From a virus (lineage: Duplodnaviria; Caudoviricetes), in the IMG/VR virus record IMGVR_UViG_3300028284_000003, positions 43,643 through 107,642 of that record: DNA of 64,000 bases. One strand, written 5' to 3'. Made by a program: the position numbers and the translations under genes. This document shows, in pieces, positions 18,214 through 28,749 of the stretch (the first letter of the stretch is position 1; each line of letters starts with the position of its first letter). Under the pieces are notes generated by a model. It saw nothing but the letters and a program-made list of their open reading frames with translations, was not told where the DNA came from and ran no database searches.

Positions 18214-18400
18214 CAGAATTATTTTTTTTAATTTCATTTTGTATTAATTCTCTCACAAACGCACTAACAGATTTAGGCCTTTGTTTTTCGGCCATGGCCT
18301 TACTTAATATAATATGATTAAGTTCTTCAAACTCTGGTTCAGTTAAAAGTACTTGAATTTTTTTAATTAATTTATTTACTATGTAGTCTTCCTTTGACAT
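18203..18400 (-). CDS. small ribbon-helix-helix-like protein
   Basis: KKIQVLLTE..SVSAFVRELI. Confidence 0.55.
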   Translation of the reverse strand: MSKEDYIVNKLIKKIQVLLTEPEFEELNHIILSKAMAEKQRPKSVSAFVRELIQNEIKKNNSETK

Positions 18401-18478
18401 ATTATTATAATATTATAATCTTTTTTCTAGATAAAAAATAGAGAAGACTTAAATCCTCTCTATATTTTAATCTGTTTT

Positions 18479-19033
18479 TTAAACTAGTTCTTCTGCGAAT
18501 GTGTCACATCTCCATACAACATCCATTGTTTGAGGTTCTCCATTTGCATAATCAAAATCAGTACCTGGATTAACTGCAGAACTGATAAAGCAATCTTGTA
18601 GAGTTACTTTTCTGTAAATGTCACCTGCTCTGTTAAATTGAACTATAACAATTTGACCTACATAATCTTTTTTAAGACCTGTTTCTCCAGTTTCTGGATT
18701 ATATTGAAGTCTATGCCAATCTCTTAACGTTTTATATACATACATTTGATTTGCATCATTTAAGTTTAATGAAAATTGAACTGTAACGTCAATAAATGAA
18801 TCAGCTGGAATACCTGCAAAGGATCTTGATGACCATTTAAATTTTTGAGCAACAGGATCTCCTGCTTTATTAAGTTCTAAACCAGTAACTGTATTAACGT
18901 GTTGAATTAATAATTCTTGACCGCCAACACCTGCTGGTGGAAGAATAGTTATTTCAAACATGTTCATTAATACTGGTTCAAAGTTCTTACCTTTCTTACT
19001 AGTTTGATCGTTTGAATAATGTGGTAATGCCAT
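18479..19033 (-). CDS. tail tube protein (gp19-like)
   Basis: 184 aa directly after sheath; LKKDYVG.IVIVQFNRAG. Confidence 0.85.
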   Translation of the reverse strand: MALPHYSNDQTSKKGKNFEPVLMNMFEITILPPAGVGGQELLIQHVNTVTGLELNKAGDPVAQKFKWSSRSFAGIPADSFIDVTVQFSLNLNDANQMYVYKTLRDWHRLQYNPETGETGLKKDYVGQIVIVQFNRAGDIYRKVTLQDCFISSAVNPGTDFDYANGEPQTMDVVWRCDTFAEELV

Positions 19034-19056
19034 TTTGTTTTTCTTTTATTTTTAAT

Positions 19057-19064
19057 TATATATC
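19057..19064 (-). promoter_or_regulatory. putative late promoter GATATATA
   Basis: Upstream of tube gene. Confidence 0.6.
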
Positions 19065-19083
19065 TTTAAAATTTCTATAAAAC

Positions 19084-19110
19084 TAAGAGGGTATGTTTCA
19101 ACCCTCTTAA
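19084..19110. terminator. hairpin/terminator after sheath gene
   Basis: TAAGAGGGT..ACCCTCTTA. Confidence 0.6.
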
Positions 19111-19122
19111 TAAAATTTATTT

Positions 19123-21384
19123 TTAGAAGTTACCTGATGCGATTTCTCCAGTATTTAAGACTGTTGTTCTATGAACTATAATCTCTAAACCTTTAACTGG
19201 TTCAACAAATGTATCTAAGATACCGATATTATTATCGATAACTTCATTAGTATTGTTTGTTTGATCCATTACGTTTTTAAAAGCATATACCCCTTGATCA
19301 GAAAGAACTCCTTCCATAAATGAATCGGCTAAAGTTTTTATTTCTAATCTCGTCTGTGCTGTGTTAAATTCAAAAACATAACCTTTAAGAATATCTGCAA
19401 TTCCGTTTTCTATAAAAATTAATACTTCTCTTACGTGAGCAGAACTTAAAGCTGATTTTACAGACTGCTGTGCAGTTTTATTACCTTTAATTACAAGACC
19501 AACTCCTCTTTCGAATACGATTGGGTTATAACCAAATGGTTCTAAGTTATCTCTATCTGATTTATCAAATGGATATTCAGCTCCAATTACATTAGTACCT
19601 GCAATAACTCCTCTTCTTGGACCTGCAACGATTGACCATGGTAATGAATCTGTAAATTTATCAATATAGTTATTTGATACATAAGCAGCTGGTGGAACAA
19701 CTGTTATTTTTCCATTTTCTCTAACATTTAAACCAGGACCATAGTAGAATCCGTAGCTTGCACCGTCATTAATTGAAGGTAAAGAATATGTAGCTGTTGG
19801 ATTTTGTGATAAATCACCTCCGTCTTTTACAAATCTTGTTTCAAAACTTTTAGTAGATGCATCTTTAAAAGATGGATCTGTAGATTTTTTAAATTCTTCA
19901 ACTGTTGGTGCATTTAAGATACAAGAAACATTTTGTCTCTCTTTTGCAATTTGAGTAAGTTCAACTTTGTTTAAAATACCAGCTTCATATGATCCAAAAG
20001 AATCTACGATATATCTTAAATCAATAACATCTCTATCAACTAATGCAGCTTTAACACCTCCGCTTGAGAATGCAGTTAAACAACCTAGAATTGTTTGATC
20101 CGCAATTGCTGCTTTAGGAAGATTAAACATTTTATATTCCGTTGCAACGCTTTCAAATGATTTAACAGCAAGATCAGTAGCTGGATCAAATGCAGCATCA
20201 ACTGGCTGTGAACAACTCACAGTATAAGTAGTTGGTGCAATACCTGATTGAGAAATTCTTGTTACTCTAGCTAAAGTATCAGTAGCAGCTGCTGGCATAT
20301 AATCACCTACAGATAATGCTAATTCGTCATCATTTGCTGATGTAAATGTAAATGATGATCCAGATGCAGCAAATACAAAGTCTGTTGCTGAAAAATCAAT
20401 TGATCTAGCACCTGCACTTAAATTATATGAAAGTAATTTATGAGCAGTTGATGCGTCATATGCATTACCAATTAAGTCAGTGTTTCCTGCTTCTACTGCA
20501 TCTTCGTTAATAGCACAGAATAAACCTGTTCTTCTAGTTTCTGCATTAATTTGTTGTTCAATGTATAAACCATTACCTTCTAAATCTGTGAAAGCTGGGA
20601 TAATTGAACCAGTATATTGTGCTAATAAATTAACTGTTCTTTCATTAGTGAATGCAACTAATTCATCTTTTAATAAACCTGTTGAAGTAAAATAATCTCC
20701 ATAAACTGGATCTAAATCCATTGTAGAAGCTTGGAATTTACCTTGATATAATAAAACATCAACCATATAGTCTGAAATAAAATCAAACTCATTAATTCCA
20801 TCAGGAATATTTCCTTCACCGTACCATTCTCTTGCAGTAACATTAAAAGAAGGGTCAATATCTTGAGCTTGTCTAACAATAACTGAAAGATTACCTTGTC
20901 CAATATTTATTAAATTTAATGCAGTTTTTGAAGTTTCTAAATCTCCTAAAGTAGCTAAAACTTCTTGATCAGAAGGATACATGAATTTATCAGTATTGTG
21001 AAAATCTGTATAAGGTTCAGTACCTGTAGAATTTAAAGCTGTTGCATCGTTTCCATCAGTAACCATACTTGCAAATGAAGCTAAATCATTAGAATTAAAA
21101 TTAGCTAAGTTCATAGCTAAGATTGGACCTCTCTTTAATGCTTCTAAACATGATCTGTGAAAGAACATTCCTTTCTTTTCTAATTTTTTGTCGATTCCAC
21201 CAAAGATTAAAACAAAAGTTTCTGTATCTTCAACGTAAACCGGCGTGTTGTAAGGTCCCTTTCTTGAGTGACCTGCAACTAATCTTATTGTCTCAGCAGA
21301 TATACTTGATACCTGGGATTTATCAAATTCTAAACGGTATACACCACTAGATTTGAATTGTAATAATTGAGGACTAAGTGCCAT
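19123..21384 (-). CDS. tail sheath protein (gp18-like)
   Basis: SGVYRLEFD, KGPYNTP, PW..VAG.RRG, FEFN, DQTNNT.EVID. Confidence 0.93.
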   Translation of the reverse strand: MALSPQLLQFKSSGVYRLEFDKSQVSSISAETIRLVAGHSRKGPYNTPVYVEDTETFVLIFGGIDKKLEKKGMFFHRSCLEALKRGPILAMNLANFNSNDLASFASMVTDGNDATALNSTGTEPYTDFHNTDKFMYPSDQEVLATLGDLETSKTALNLINIGQGNLSVIVRQAQDIDPSFNVTAREWYGEGNIPDGINEFDFISDYMVDVLLYQGKFQASTMDLDPVYGDYFTSTGLLKDELVAFTNERTVNLLAQYTGSIIPAFTDLEGNGLYIEQQINAETRRTGLFCAINEDAVEAGNTDLIGNAYDASTAHKLLSYNLSAGARSIDFSATDFVFAASGSSFTFTSANDDELALSVGDYMPAAATDTLARVTRISQSGIAPTTYTVSCSQPVDAAFDPATDLAVKSFESVATEYKMFNLPKAAIADQTILGCLTAFSSGGVKAALVDRDVIDLRYIVDSFGSYEAGILNKVELTQIAKERQNVSCILNAPTVEEFKKSTDPSFKDASTKSFETRFVKDGGDLSQNPTATYSLPSINDGASYGFYYGPGLNVRENGKITVVPPAAYVSNNYIDKFTDSLPWSIVAGPRRGVIAGTNVIGAEYPFDKSDRDNLEPFGYNPIVFERGVGLVIKGNKTAQQSVKSALSSAHVREVLIFIENGIADILKGYVFEFNTAQTRLEIKTLADSFMEGVLSDQGVYAFKNVMDQTNNTNEVIDNNIGILDTFVEPVKGLEIIVHRTTVLNTGEIASGNF

Positions 21385-21417
21385 AATTTTTATCTATTTT
21401 TTTTAGTTTTTATATTC

Positions 21418-21425
21418 TATATATC
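21418..21425 (-). promoter_or_regulatory. putative late promoter GATATATA
   Basis: Upstream of sheath gene. Confidence 0.6.
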
Positions 21426-21444
21426 TACCTAAATCTAGAGTATT

Positions 21445-23259
21445 CTATAATAAGTCGTAAATGTCAAAGTTAAGGTCTCCTTGTTCTTGACTGTCTTTAT
21501 ATAGCGTTAGTTCCATATAGTCATGGATTTCAGGATCTATAATATCCAGTAATTCTTCTATTGAATCTGCATATGCTGTAGTGTTAAAATATTCTGTTGC
21601 AATTACACTTGACATTGCAAGATCATCATGTCCCATTTGTGCACCATATTTACCACTTGGTAATGTACCGAAAAGACTTATTTCATTTGCAGTTTCAAAT
21701 TCAGTTATATTCATTCTGTTAATCTCATATAATGATTTAAAGTTTTGGCAAAAGATTGGCTTATTATCATTTTTTATTTTAATACCGTGTTTAACTCCTC
21801 TTGCGTCATGTCTATGTTTAAATCTAAGTACCATCTCTTCATCAAAATCATTTCTTCTTGGAAATACTGTTTGTAAATATTTAAGTAGCACAGAACCATA
21901 AGTATTAAACTCTATTACCATCTTAACATTTTCACTATATAAAAGATCTACACTAATAATATAGAGACATTTTGCAAAATCTTCTATTACGTGTTCATTA
22001 GATCTAAACGTGCCCACCTGATTAAGTTTAAAGAAGTCATACATTGCACCTGGAGTTGTTAGATTATCCATCTCCTTCTTTGTCATTGGATCGACCCTAA
22101 ATATGTTAATGATCGAGTAGTCGCCTCCATTACCCTCAGCAATGTCAACTGATAGCAACCAATATTTGTCTCTATCTCCTAATGTTTCAATGTCAAATCC
22201 AGGATGCCAACTTAAAAAACCTTTAGTATCTATTTGTACATCTATGAAATTATCAATATCGTGATAGACATAATCTTTCATTTTACTTCTCAATTTCTTC
22301 ATAGAACCAGGGTCTAATAAAAGATTTGATGAACTAACGAACTCATTTCCATACTGTCTATTAAATGCTTCTATACTTCCTAAGTTTCCAAGTTCTCTCT
22401 TATACCAATCATCATCTCTGTCTGGATGTTGCCACCAATCTATTCTCATTGGATGATATTCATTATCACCTCTTTCTGCTGCACTATAAATCTTATAAAA
22501 TTTATTAAAACCATTTGGTGTACTTGTAATAATAATCCTTGAAACCTTAGACGCTGAAAGTGTTGGATAAACGTTTTCGTAAAAGGTATCAACTATTGAA
22601 GGGTGAATGTGAGCAAACTCATCTAAAAACAAGAGGTGAATTGTAAAACCAATACCTGCCTTTGCTGTTGTACTCTGCCCTACAAGTCTACTTCCATTAT
22701 CACATTTTACATTCATTACATCGTACTTTGTAATTCCTGGCTTCATAAAGAATGGCAAGTTTTCTAAAACAACCTTTGCTTTATCTATAATTTCTTTTGT
22801 AGTATCAGATTTATTTGCAAGTAAGAGCGTATTTTTATCTGTAGAAAATGTTAAAAACCAGGCATTAAATATAGATGCCATAACAGTCTTACCCATTTGT
22901 CTACTCGCAAGACATATATTAAATCTATTATTTTGGAAATTTCTCAACATGCCTTTTTGATAGTCTCTCAACTTTACTTGTTGAATTCCCTCATCCGTAA
23001 GAACTACTGCATATTTCTCTGCAAAATAAACAATATCCGCAGCACATCTTGCAAGTTCTTGAATCTCAGCATCTGTATATTCAAAAACAATATTACCTCT
23101 TCTTAAAAATTGTCTACCTTCATAAAATGGCATTTTAACCTGAGGCTTATAACCTTGGTCTAAGGCTACTGTTAAGTCATCTACCTTTTTAGTTGACCAA
23201 ACTAATCGGTCACTACCTGCCTGTTCCGTTTCTTTAGGTATCCAAAAATTATCGCTCAT
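21445..23259 (-). CDS. terminase large subunit (gp17-like)
   Basis: SRQMGKT, LDEFAH, STPNG, VDIAEG.GGDYS, HDDLAM. Confidence 0.95.
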   Translation of the reverse strand: MSDNFWIPKETEQAGSDRLVWSTKKVDDLTVALDQGYKPQVKMPFYEGRQFLRRGNIVFEYTDAEIQELARCAADIVYFAEKYAVVLTDEGIQQVKLRDYQKGMLRNFQNNRFNICLASRQMGKTVMASIFNAWFLTFSTDKNTLLLANKSDTTKEIIDKAKVVLENLPFFMKPGITKYDVMNVKCDNGSRLVGQSTTAKAGIGFTIHLLFLDEFAHIHPSIVDTFYENVYPTLSASKVSRIIITSTPNGFNKFYKIYSAAERGDNEYHPMRIDWWQHPDRDDDWYKRELGNLGSIEAFNRQYGNEFVSSSNLLLDPGSMKKLRSKMKDYVYHDIDNFIDVQIDTKGFLSWHPGFDIETLGDRDKYWLLSVDIAEGNGGDYSIINIFRVDPMTKKEMDNLTTPGAMYDFFKLNQVGTFRSNEHVIEDFAKCLYIISVDLLYSENVKMVIEFNTYGSVLLKYLQTVFPRRNDFDEEMVLRFKHRHDARGVKHGIKIKNDNKPIFCQNFKSLYEINRMNITEFETANEISLFGTLPSGKYGAQMGHDDLAMSSVIATEYFNTTAYADSIEELLDIIDPEIHDYMELTLYKDSQEQGDLNFDIYDLL

Positions 23260-23905
23260 TATCTTCTATCTCTGCGTCTTCTATATCGGCTTGTTGAATT
23301 CCAGCCTGGATTTGATTCATTAAGTCTTTTGTACCTCTTTGTATATTTGCACTTGAGTTATTACCACCGACTCTATTTTCTAACTCTTGGTCATCATCTC
23401 TCTTTTTATAAAGTTCAATGTCTCTCGCAATTCTCTTTGTACTTTCTTCAGTTGCCATTAAATACATTGTCTGGCTCTTAATAATATCTAACATTGATTT
23501 CTGTAACGTGGCAAGTACCTCAAACATTCTAGGTGCAAGTTCTCCACCTTCTATAGTTTCTAACAATGTAGTTAGGGCTCTCTCACCTGCATTTAATTGA
23601 TAGACTAATGAGCTCATTGTCATTTCGTCCATTTTCTTTTTAGCCATTAAATACTCATCCTTTTCAATAATCTCTGCATCTAAATAAAATTGCATAAGAC
23701 TTGTGATAGTTTTCTTAGCCTGTTTTTCAGCACCGGATTTCATATCACCATAATTAATTGCTGGGGTTGCGTTATGAAATTTAGGAGCTGGTAAATCAGT
23801 TGGATCTTGCTCTACGTCTATCATTTCATCTGGTCCTAAAAGATCTTCTAATTCTTTTTTAATCTCGTCGGCCTGTTCTGAAATTGTTTTCTTTTTCTCT
23901 GACAT
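23249..23905 (-). CDS. putative terminase small subunit
   Basis: Overlaps terL start; PRMFEVLATL resembles gp16-type helix. Confidence 0.6.
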   Translation of the reverse strand: MSEKKKTISEQADEIKKELEDLLGPDEMIDVEQDPTDLPAPKFHNATPAINYGDMKSGAEKQAKKTITSLMQFYLDAEIIEKDEYLMAKKKMDEMTMSSLVYQLNAGERALTTLLETIEGGELAPRMFEVLATLQKSMLDIIKSQTMYLMATEESTKRIARDIELYKKRDDDQELENRVGGNNSSANIQRGTKDLMNQIQAGIQQADIEDAEIEDNER

Positions 23906-23935
23906 TATCTATAGTTTTATAATCTATATATTCGA

Positions 23936-25897
23936 TTATCTTGAACTGCCGAATTTTTGTAAATCCAATGAAGGTATTGCATTGTCAATTATTAAAGCAT
24001 GTTGGCTATCTCTAACAACATATTGATGTAATATATTTACATGTTGTTCCTCTTCAATTGTTTTATCAAACATTCTAATATTGGTTACATTAAATTCACT
24101 TCCTCTAAGACTCCAATTAACATCAGTTTCCCAAATATGAGGTGATAATGTATCTAAATTACCAGCAAATGCATGTTCTAATTCATTTTGGCCAGTTGGA
24201 TCTGTAAAATTAGTTTGATCGTTTAATTTATAAATATATGCACTAACTTCTCCATATGTATTACTAACATTAACTACTACCCCATACCAAGTATCTTTAC
24301 TTAAAATTATATTATGCTGAAAAGAATAATCTTGTTGATTTATAATAATTCTAATATACATGTTAGAAAGACTAATAATTAATCCTTTATCTAATATATT
24401 AGTACCGTCTATTATTTCATGGTCAGTATTATCAGTTAAATTAAAAGTTTGACCAGGATTAACCCAAAAAGTAAATGCTCTATTTTCATCTATTCCTAAA
24501 TTAGACATTGCTTCATAAACAACACCAGGTGATTGAGATTCATCATTTAAGATAGTTGACATATTATAATAGTTTCTTGTAATAACGGTCCATCTATTCT
24601 TAAGACTAATGTCATTTATTACAAGATCTTTATGTACAAATTTTCTAACACCATCCTGTGCTCTATGATGAGTACTTTGATATTGTTGTGGTTTTGTAAC
24701 TTTGTCAAATTCCTCTTTTACCTCTTCGCCAAATATTTCTTCAACACCTTTAACTAAATCGGTGAGATCTTCCTTAAATTCGCCATCATTAGTTGATGTT
24801 CTATTCTCAAATTTCTTTAGCATTACTCTAAAATAAGTAAGCTCTCTATTAAACTCATCTGCAAGTGCAACTGAATTAACCTCATACATTCTATTATTAA
24901 AAGGAAAATATAAATAATCTCTTGCCCTTGGACTCTTATTTTCTCCAAATATGCTTCTAAATTCTTCACCAACTACATGCACTTCAAAGTCTTCAAAGCC
25001 CATTCCAAATATATCGAAACTGGCTGCTTCTGTTGGAAATTCATTATTTGGAACTAAAAGTTTCAATGATCCCTTTTCTATAACATCATATAATGAGTAT
25101 TCATGTAATATAACGTCTTTACTTCTTACATTTGGTTCAACTCTATAATAAGTGACATTGTGGCCATAAACATTATTTGCAAGATTTGAAAGACTTTTAT
25201 AAAGATGTGCTGGTTTTTGTAAGCCATAAGGATTATATAAATTAGCAGCATCACATTCTACTATAATATTAGCACAGCCATCTAATTCAAAGGGTTCACA
25301 ATCTACACACGTTTGTGGACATTCAACGACTGTTCCATCTTCATATTCTATCGTATATGTAATACTTAAAAATATAAGTTTATGTAAAGGCTGTATGTCT
25401 TCAACTGTTGCTCTAATCTCTAACCATAATGGCATTGTATTATCAAAATTTATAGAAAGCAAATCTCCTACTAATGTGCCTTTATTTAGGGGATGCCACA
25501 CACTATGCTCTCCTCCTTTTTCTATAACATCATTCTGACTCCACCTAAATTCATAACTAAAGTAGTTCCATTGGTCTGCTTTGATATAAAACGTAACATC
25601 TGTAAGATTAACTGTTGATGGACTTTGTAAAATTAAAGTTTCAGTATCAGGTGTGCTGTCAACTACAAATTCAAATCCACCTGCCAATATAATATCTCCA
25701 TTATTTAAGTCTAAATTTGTGCCTAAACCTGTTACTGTAGAGCTGCCATCTATAAATGTTAGTTTTCCTACTGTGAATTCATTTGAAAATGCAGATTTGA
25801 CTTCCCAATCAAGTACTTTATTAACCTTTAAATAAGGGTCTACTAATTTGGCAATAATTTTATCATTAACCTCAGTTGCTATGTAACCTGTTACCAT
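23936..25897 (-). CDS. gp14-like neck protein with C-terminal LamG-like domain
   Basis: YGHNVTYY, PRARDYLYFPFNNRMYEV; C-terminal beta-sandwich (TWYGVVV, NIRMF). Confidence 0.6.
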   Translation of the reverse strand: MVTGYIATEVNDKIIAKLVDPYLKVNKVLDWEVKSAFSNEFTVGKLTFIDGSSTVTGLGTNLDLNNGDIILAGGFEFVVDSTPDTETLILQSPSTVNLTDVTFYIKADQWNYFSYEFRWSQNDVIEKGGEHSVWHPLNKGTLVGDLLSINFDNTMPLWLEIRATVEDIQPLHKLIFLSITYTIEYEDGTVVECPQTCVDCEPFELDGCANIIVECDAANLYNPYGLQKPAHLYKSLSNLANNVYGHNVTYYRVEPNVRSKDVILHEYSLYDVIEKGSLKLLVPNNEFPTEAASFDIFGMGFEDFEVHVVGEEFRSIFGENKSPRARDYLYFPFNNRMYEVNSVALADEFNRELTYFRVMLKKFENRTSTNDGEFKEDLTDLVKGVEEIFGEEVKEEFDKVTKPQQYQSTHHRAQDGVRKFVHKDLVINDISLKNRWTVITRNYYNMSTILNDESQSPGVVYEAMSNLGIDENRAFTFWVNPGQTFNLTDNTDHEIIDGTNILDKGLIISLSNMYIRIIINQQDYSFQHNIILSKDTWYGVVVNVSNTYGEVSAYIYKLNDQTNFTDPTGQNELEHAFAGNLDTLSPHIWETDVNWSLRGSEFNVTNIRMFDKTIEEEQHVNILHQYVVRDSQHALIIDNAIPSLDLQKFGSSR

Positions 25898-25926
25898 ATT
25901 TTATTTATCTAATTTATTATATAGTT

Positions 25927-26436
25927 TTAATAAGGGCCTCCATGTATGTCTGAATCGTCATCTTCGTTATTATTTTCAAAATCAGTGTTAGGATCTTCAT
26001 ATAATTCATCACCATATAACGGTCTTTGAGTTCCATTACTGTAAGGATGCTGTGTATTTTCTTCAGTATCATGCGTATTGTTTTGATAATGTTGAGATTG
26101 ATTGCCATAATAAGGACTATGGGTTCCATATCCCTCATCACTAGAGGGTCCATATTGTCTATTGTATTCACCATGTGATGAATCATAATATTCTTCATCT
26201 CCTGAAACCCCTGACTTTCTACTAAACTTTTCAGCTGTTGCAAAACCTAAACCGGCGCCTGCTAACCATAACATGCCCTCAAACATATACTCCTTTAAAG
26301 GAAGTTCTATAAATATATTTGCGACAAAGGCAATTGTTATTAAAAGAAAAGAAATTAAGGTTATAAGTCTTTTAGAAGATGGTTGACCATCTACGTCCAT
26401 TAGTATTTTTTCTAGATAAGATTTTTCTTTAGACAT
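25927..26436 (-). CDS. holin-like two-TM protein with acidic tail
   Basis: SSKR-TM1-TM2-AEKF followed by Y/G/D/E-rich tail. Confidence 0.5.
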   Translation of the reverse strand: MSKEKSYLEKILMDVDGQPSSKRLITLISFLLITIAFVANIFIELPLKEYMFEGMLWLAGAGLGFATAEKFSRKSGVSGDEEYYDSSHGEYNRQYGPSSDEGYGTHSPYYGNQSQHYQNNTHDTEENTQHPYSNGTQRPLYGDELYEDPNTDFENNNEDDDSDIHGGPY

Positions 26437-26455
26437 TTAACAAAACTTCTTTTTG

Positions 26456-27094
26456 CTATATATCTTCTAAATAATCAGTAATTATTAAAGCTTCTGGATT
26501 ATCTTCATACCAATAATCGAATTCTTGTAAAATTCTATCACAGACATTTTTTACATTTTCATCATTGTCTGTGCTGAGTTTTTCAAGTCTATCTGAAAGT
26601 ACTTTTAATTTTACTAAAGAATAGTTTAATGTTTTTATGCAACCTACTTCTTTTAAAACGTAATTAACAAACTCCATGTCCTTTTCTTTAAAAAAGTCAA
26701 AAGTTCTATAACTTCCTCTAACTACTTTAAATACAAAGTTTAATGTTTTTTCTCCAGTTGTTTTATTTTCATTTATTCTAGTAAATTCATGGTTTTTTGA
26801 ATATTCAATTTGAAACCACCTTAGGTTAGGCATCTCATCTAATATTTTTTTAAGAAAATATACGGTATTTGCCCTTTTATGTAAAATTTCATTTGGAATT
26901 AAAGGTATACTATCTAATTCCTTTTTAAAATACAAATGCAATAACTTATCAATGTCTTTTTTCCTAACAATAATACTACCTTGATGTTGTTTTATTTTAC
27001 AATTATCAATAATCAATGTATAAAGTCTGTTATCTATGGAATTATATTTATAAAGTGTCGCGGCTATTACTTCCGGAAATAAATACCTAGGCAT
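26456..27094 (-). CDS. hypothetical protein
   Basis: ORF on coding strand. Confidence 0.75.
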   Translation of the reverse strand: MPRYLFPEVIAATLYKYNSIDNRLYTLIIDNCKIKQHQGSIIVRKKDIDKLLHLYFKKELDSIPLIPNEILHKRANTVYFLKKILDEMPNLRWFQIEYSKNHEFTRINENKTTGEKTLNFVFKVVRGSYRTFDFFKEKDMEFVNYVLKEVGCIKTLNYSLVKLKVLSDRLEKLSTDNDENVKNVCDRILQEFDYWYEDNPEALIITDYLEDI

Positions 27095-27512
27095 AAACTT
27101 TTATTTGATTTTCTAATTTTTTAAGGTCTGTATAAAACTGTTCTTTATTAAACTCTTTTAGTTCTTCTACTTCTCTCTTACCAATTTCGTTTTTTTCCAT
27201 ATAAAATCTTAAAGCTTCATCAGATGGCTGATATTTTTCTTTAACATTTTTATTAGAACTCTTTGTTCTAGTATATATCCAACCTGGTACTTTATTAAAA
27301 CGACTTGCAACCATTTGCCAAGAATCAATTACTTTACTTCCATTAATGCCATTAAAATTAAATAATTGTGCATTTGCTGGAAACTTAATTGACATAAAAC
27401 GATTAATCATAAAATGATGTCTCTTTTTAGAAGATTCTTTTACATTTGCATAACTATCTCTCTTTGTAAACATGATTTTTACAAAGTCAAAAAGTTTAGT
27501 TTCATCTAACAT
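27087..27512 (-). CDS. putative clamp-loader small subunit (gp62-like)
   Basis: FMINRFMS..AQLFN resembles gp62; close to gp44. Confidence 0.5.
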   Translation of the reverse strand: MLDETKLFDFVKIMFTKRDSYANVKESSKKRHHFMINRFMSIKFPANAQLFNFNGINGSKVIDSWQMVASRFNKVPGWIYTRTKSSNKNVKEKYQPSDEALRFYMEKNEIGKREVEELKEFNKEQFYTDLKKLENQIKVYA

Positions 27513-27513
27513 A

Positions 27514-28746
27514 TTAAAAAAGTTTAGTGTTTGTTTTCTTACCTACTAGTTTTAACTTCTTTTTCTCTTTTGTTTCAGGAATATTTGCAAAGGCATCATA
27601 TTGCTTTGGTGTTTGACTAACCTTTAGCCAACCTGTACCTTCTAAGATTTTTTCTTTATTAGTCAATTGAGAAAGATCTGTACCTTCTAATACTTTTAAT
27701 TCTGATTCTACACTTGAATATATTTCATTTTGAATTGCATCTGGAATAACTTTAGTATGCAACATCATTAGACTCATATTCTGTGAGATGTTATTTTTAA
27801 TTTGTGCAATTGATGATTTACCTATAACTCTATAAACTACATCTGCAAGTTTTTCTATTTCATCTTTATTAAACAATTGATCGATAACGAATTGACTATT
27901 TTCTTTATTATATTGTTGAAATATTTTATCTGCAAGTTTATCTGTAATTGAATATGTTCTAAGTTTGCCGCCTTTCATTTCTTTCTGCCATAACACAACT
28001 GATGGGATATTATCTGACTTATCGCCAATCAATAGCTTATTAAACATAAATTCGTCGCAATTAACTTCTGTTAATTTAACTTTATTAGATTGAATCCAAT
28101 CTTTAATTGCAATTTTATATTCTTCTCTAACACCTGAGTATGTAGATAGATTAAATAATAAGTCATCTGTGTTAGTTGTTTCAGATGTGTCTAAGACATT
28201 AATAAAATCCTTGAAACAATATAGACTTTTCTGTACTGGAGAATACCACAGGGAATAAGAATCATTAGCCTTTGAATAGTTAACAAGCTGAATAAGATCT
28301 TTATCGCCAGTCCATATGATAGAATTACGACCTTTATTAATAAGTAGGGTTGACCAGCCAAATAATACATCGTCTGCTTCTGCACCTTCTATTTTATGTA
28401 CAACTACGCCGTGTTTTTGTAAGATGTTTTGAAATTCTTCATATACTCCATAGACTGCATTCCAATCTATAGAACTATCTGCTTTTCTTGTGCCTTTATA
28501 TTCTGCAGTTGGAAATAAATCTTTACGCCAGCTTCTTGCATCTACTGCAACAACAACTTTATCTATAAAGCCACGCATTTTTCTTACTTCTGATGCAAGA
28601 TCAATTGCAAGTTTTCTCATCAGTGAAGCACGAGATGCTTCATCTTCTAACATTACGCCATTTTTTGGTCTTGGTAAAACAAAGAGGCGACTATGTAAAA
28701 AATAGTTACCGTCAATAAGTAATGTATGTCCGCCTTTTCTCATCAT
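27514..28746 (-). CDS. 5'-3' exonuclease / T4 RNase H-like
   Basis: IDGN, SWRK..YKGTR, EADD, GDKD, GDKSDNIP. Confidence 0.92.
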   Translation of the reverse strand: MMRKGGHTLLIDGNYFLHSRLFVLPRPKNGVMLEDEASRASLMRKLAIDLASEVRKMRGFIDKVVVAVDARSWRKDLFPTAEYKGTRKADSSIDWNAVYGVYEEFQNILQKHGVVVHKIEGAEADDVLFGWSTLLINKGRNSIIWTGDKDLIQLVNYSKANDSYSLWYSPVQKSLYCFKDFINVLDTSETTNTDDLLFNLSTYSGVREEYKIAIKDWIQSNKVKLTEVNCDEFMFNKLLIGDKSDNIPSVVLWQKEMKGGKLRTYSITDKLADKIFQQYNKENSQFVIDQLFNKDEIEKLADVVYRVIGKSSIAQIKNNISQNMSLMMLHTKVIPDAIQNEIYSSVESELKVLEGTDLSQLTNKEKILEGTGWLKVSQTPKQYDAFANIPETKEKKKLKLVGKKTNTKLF

Positions 28747-28749
28747 AAT

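Noticed and set aside
25917-26243. 108-aa alternative-frame ORF overlapping the holin-like tail
   Set aside because: Met/Ile-rich by-product of the repetitive tail, with no initiation signal
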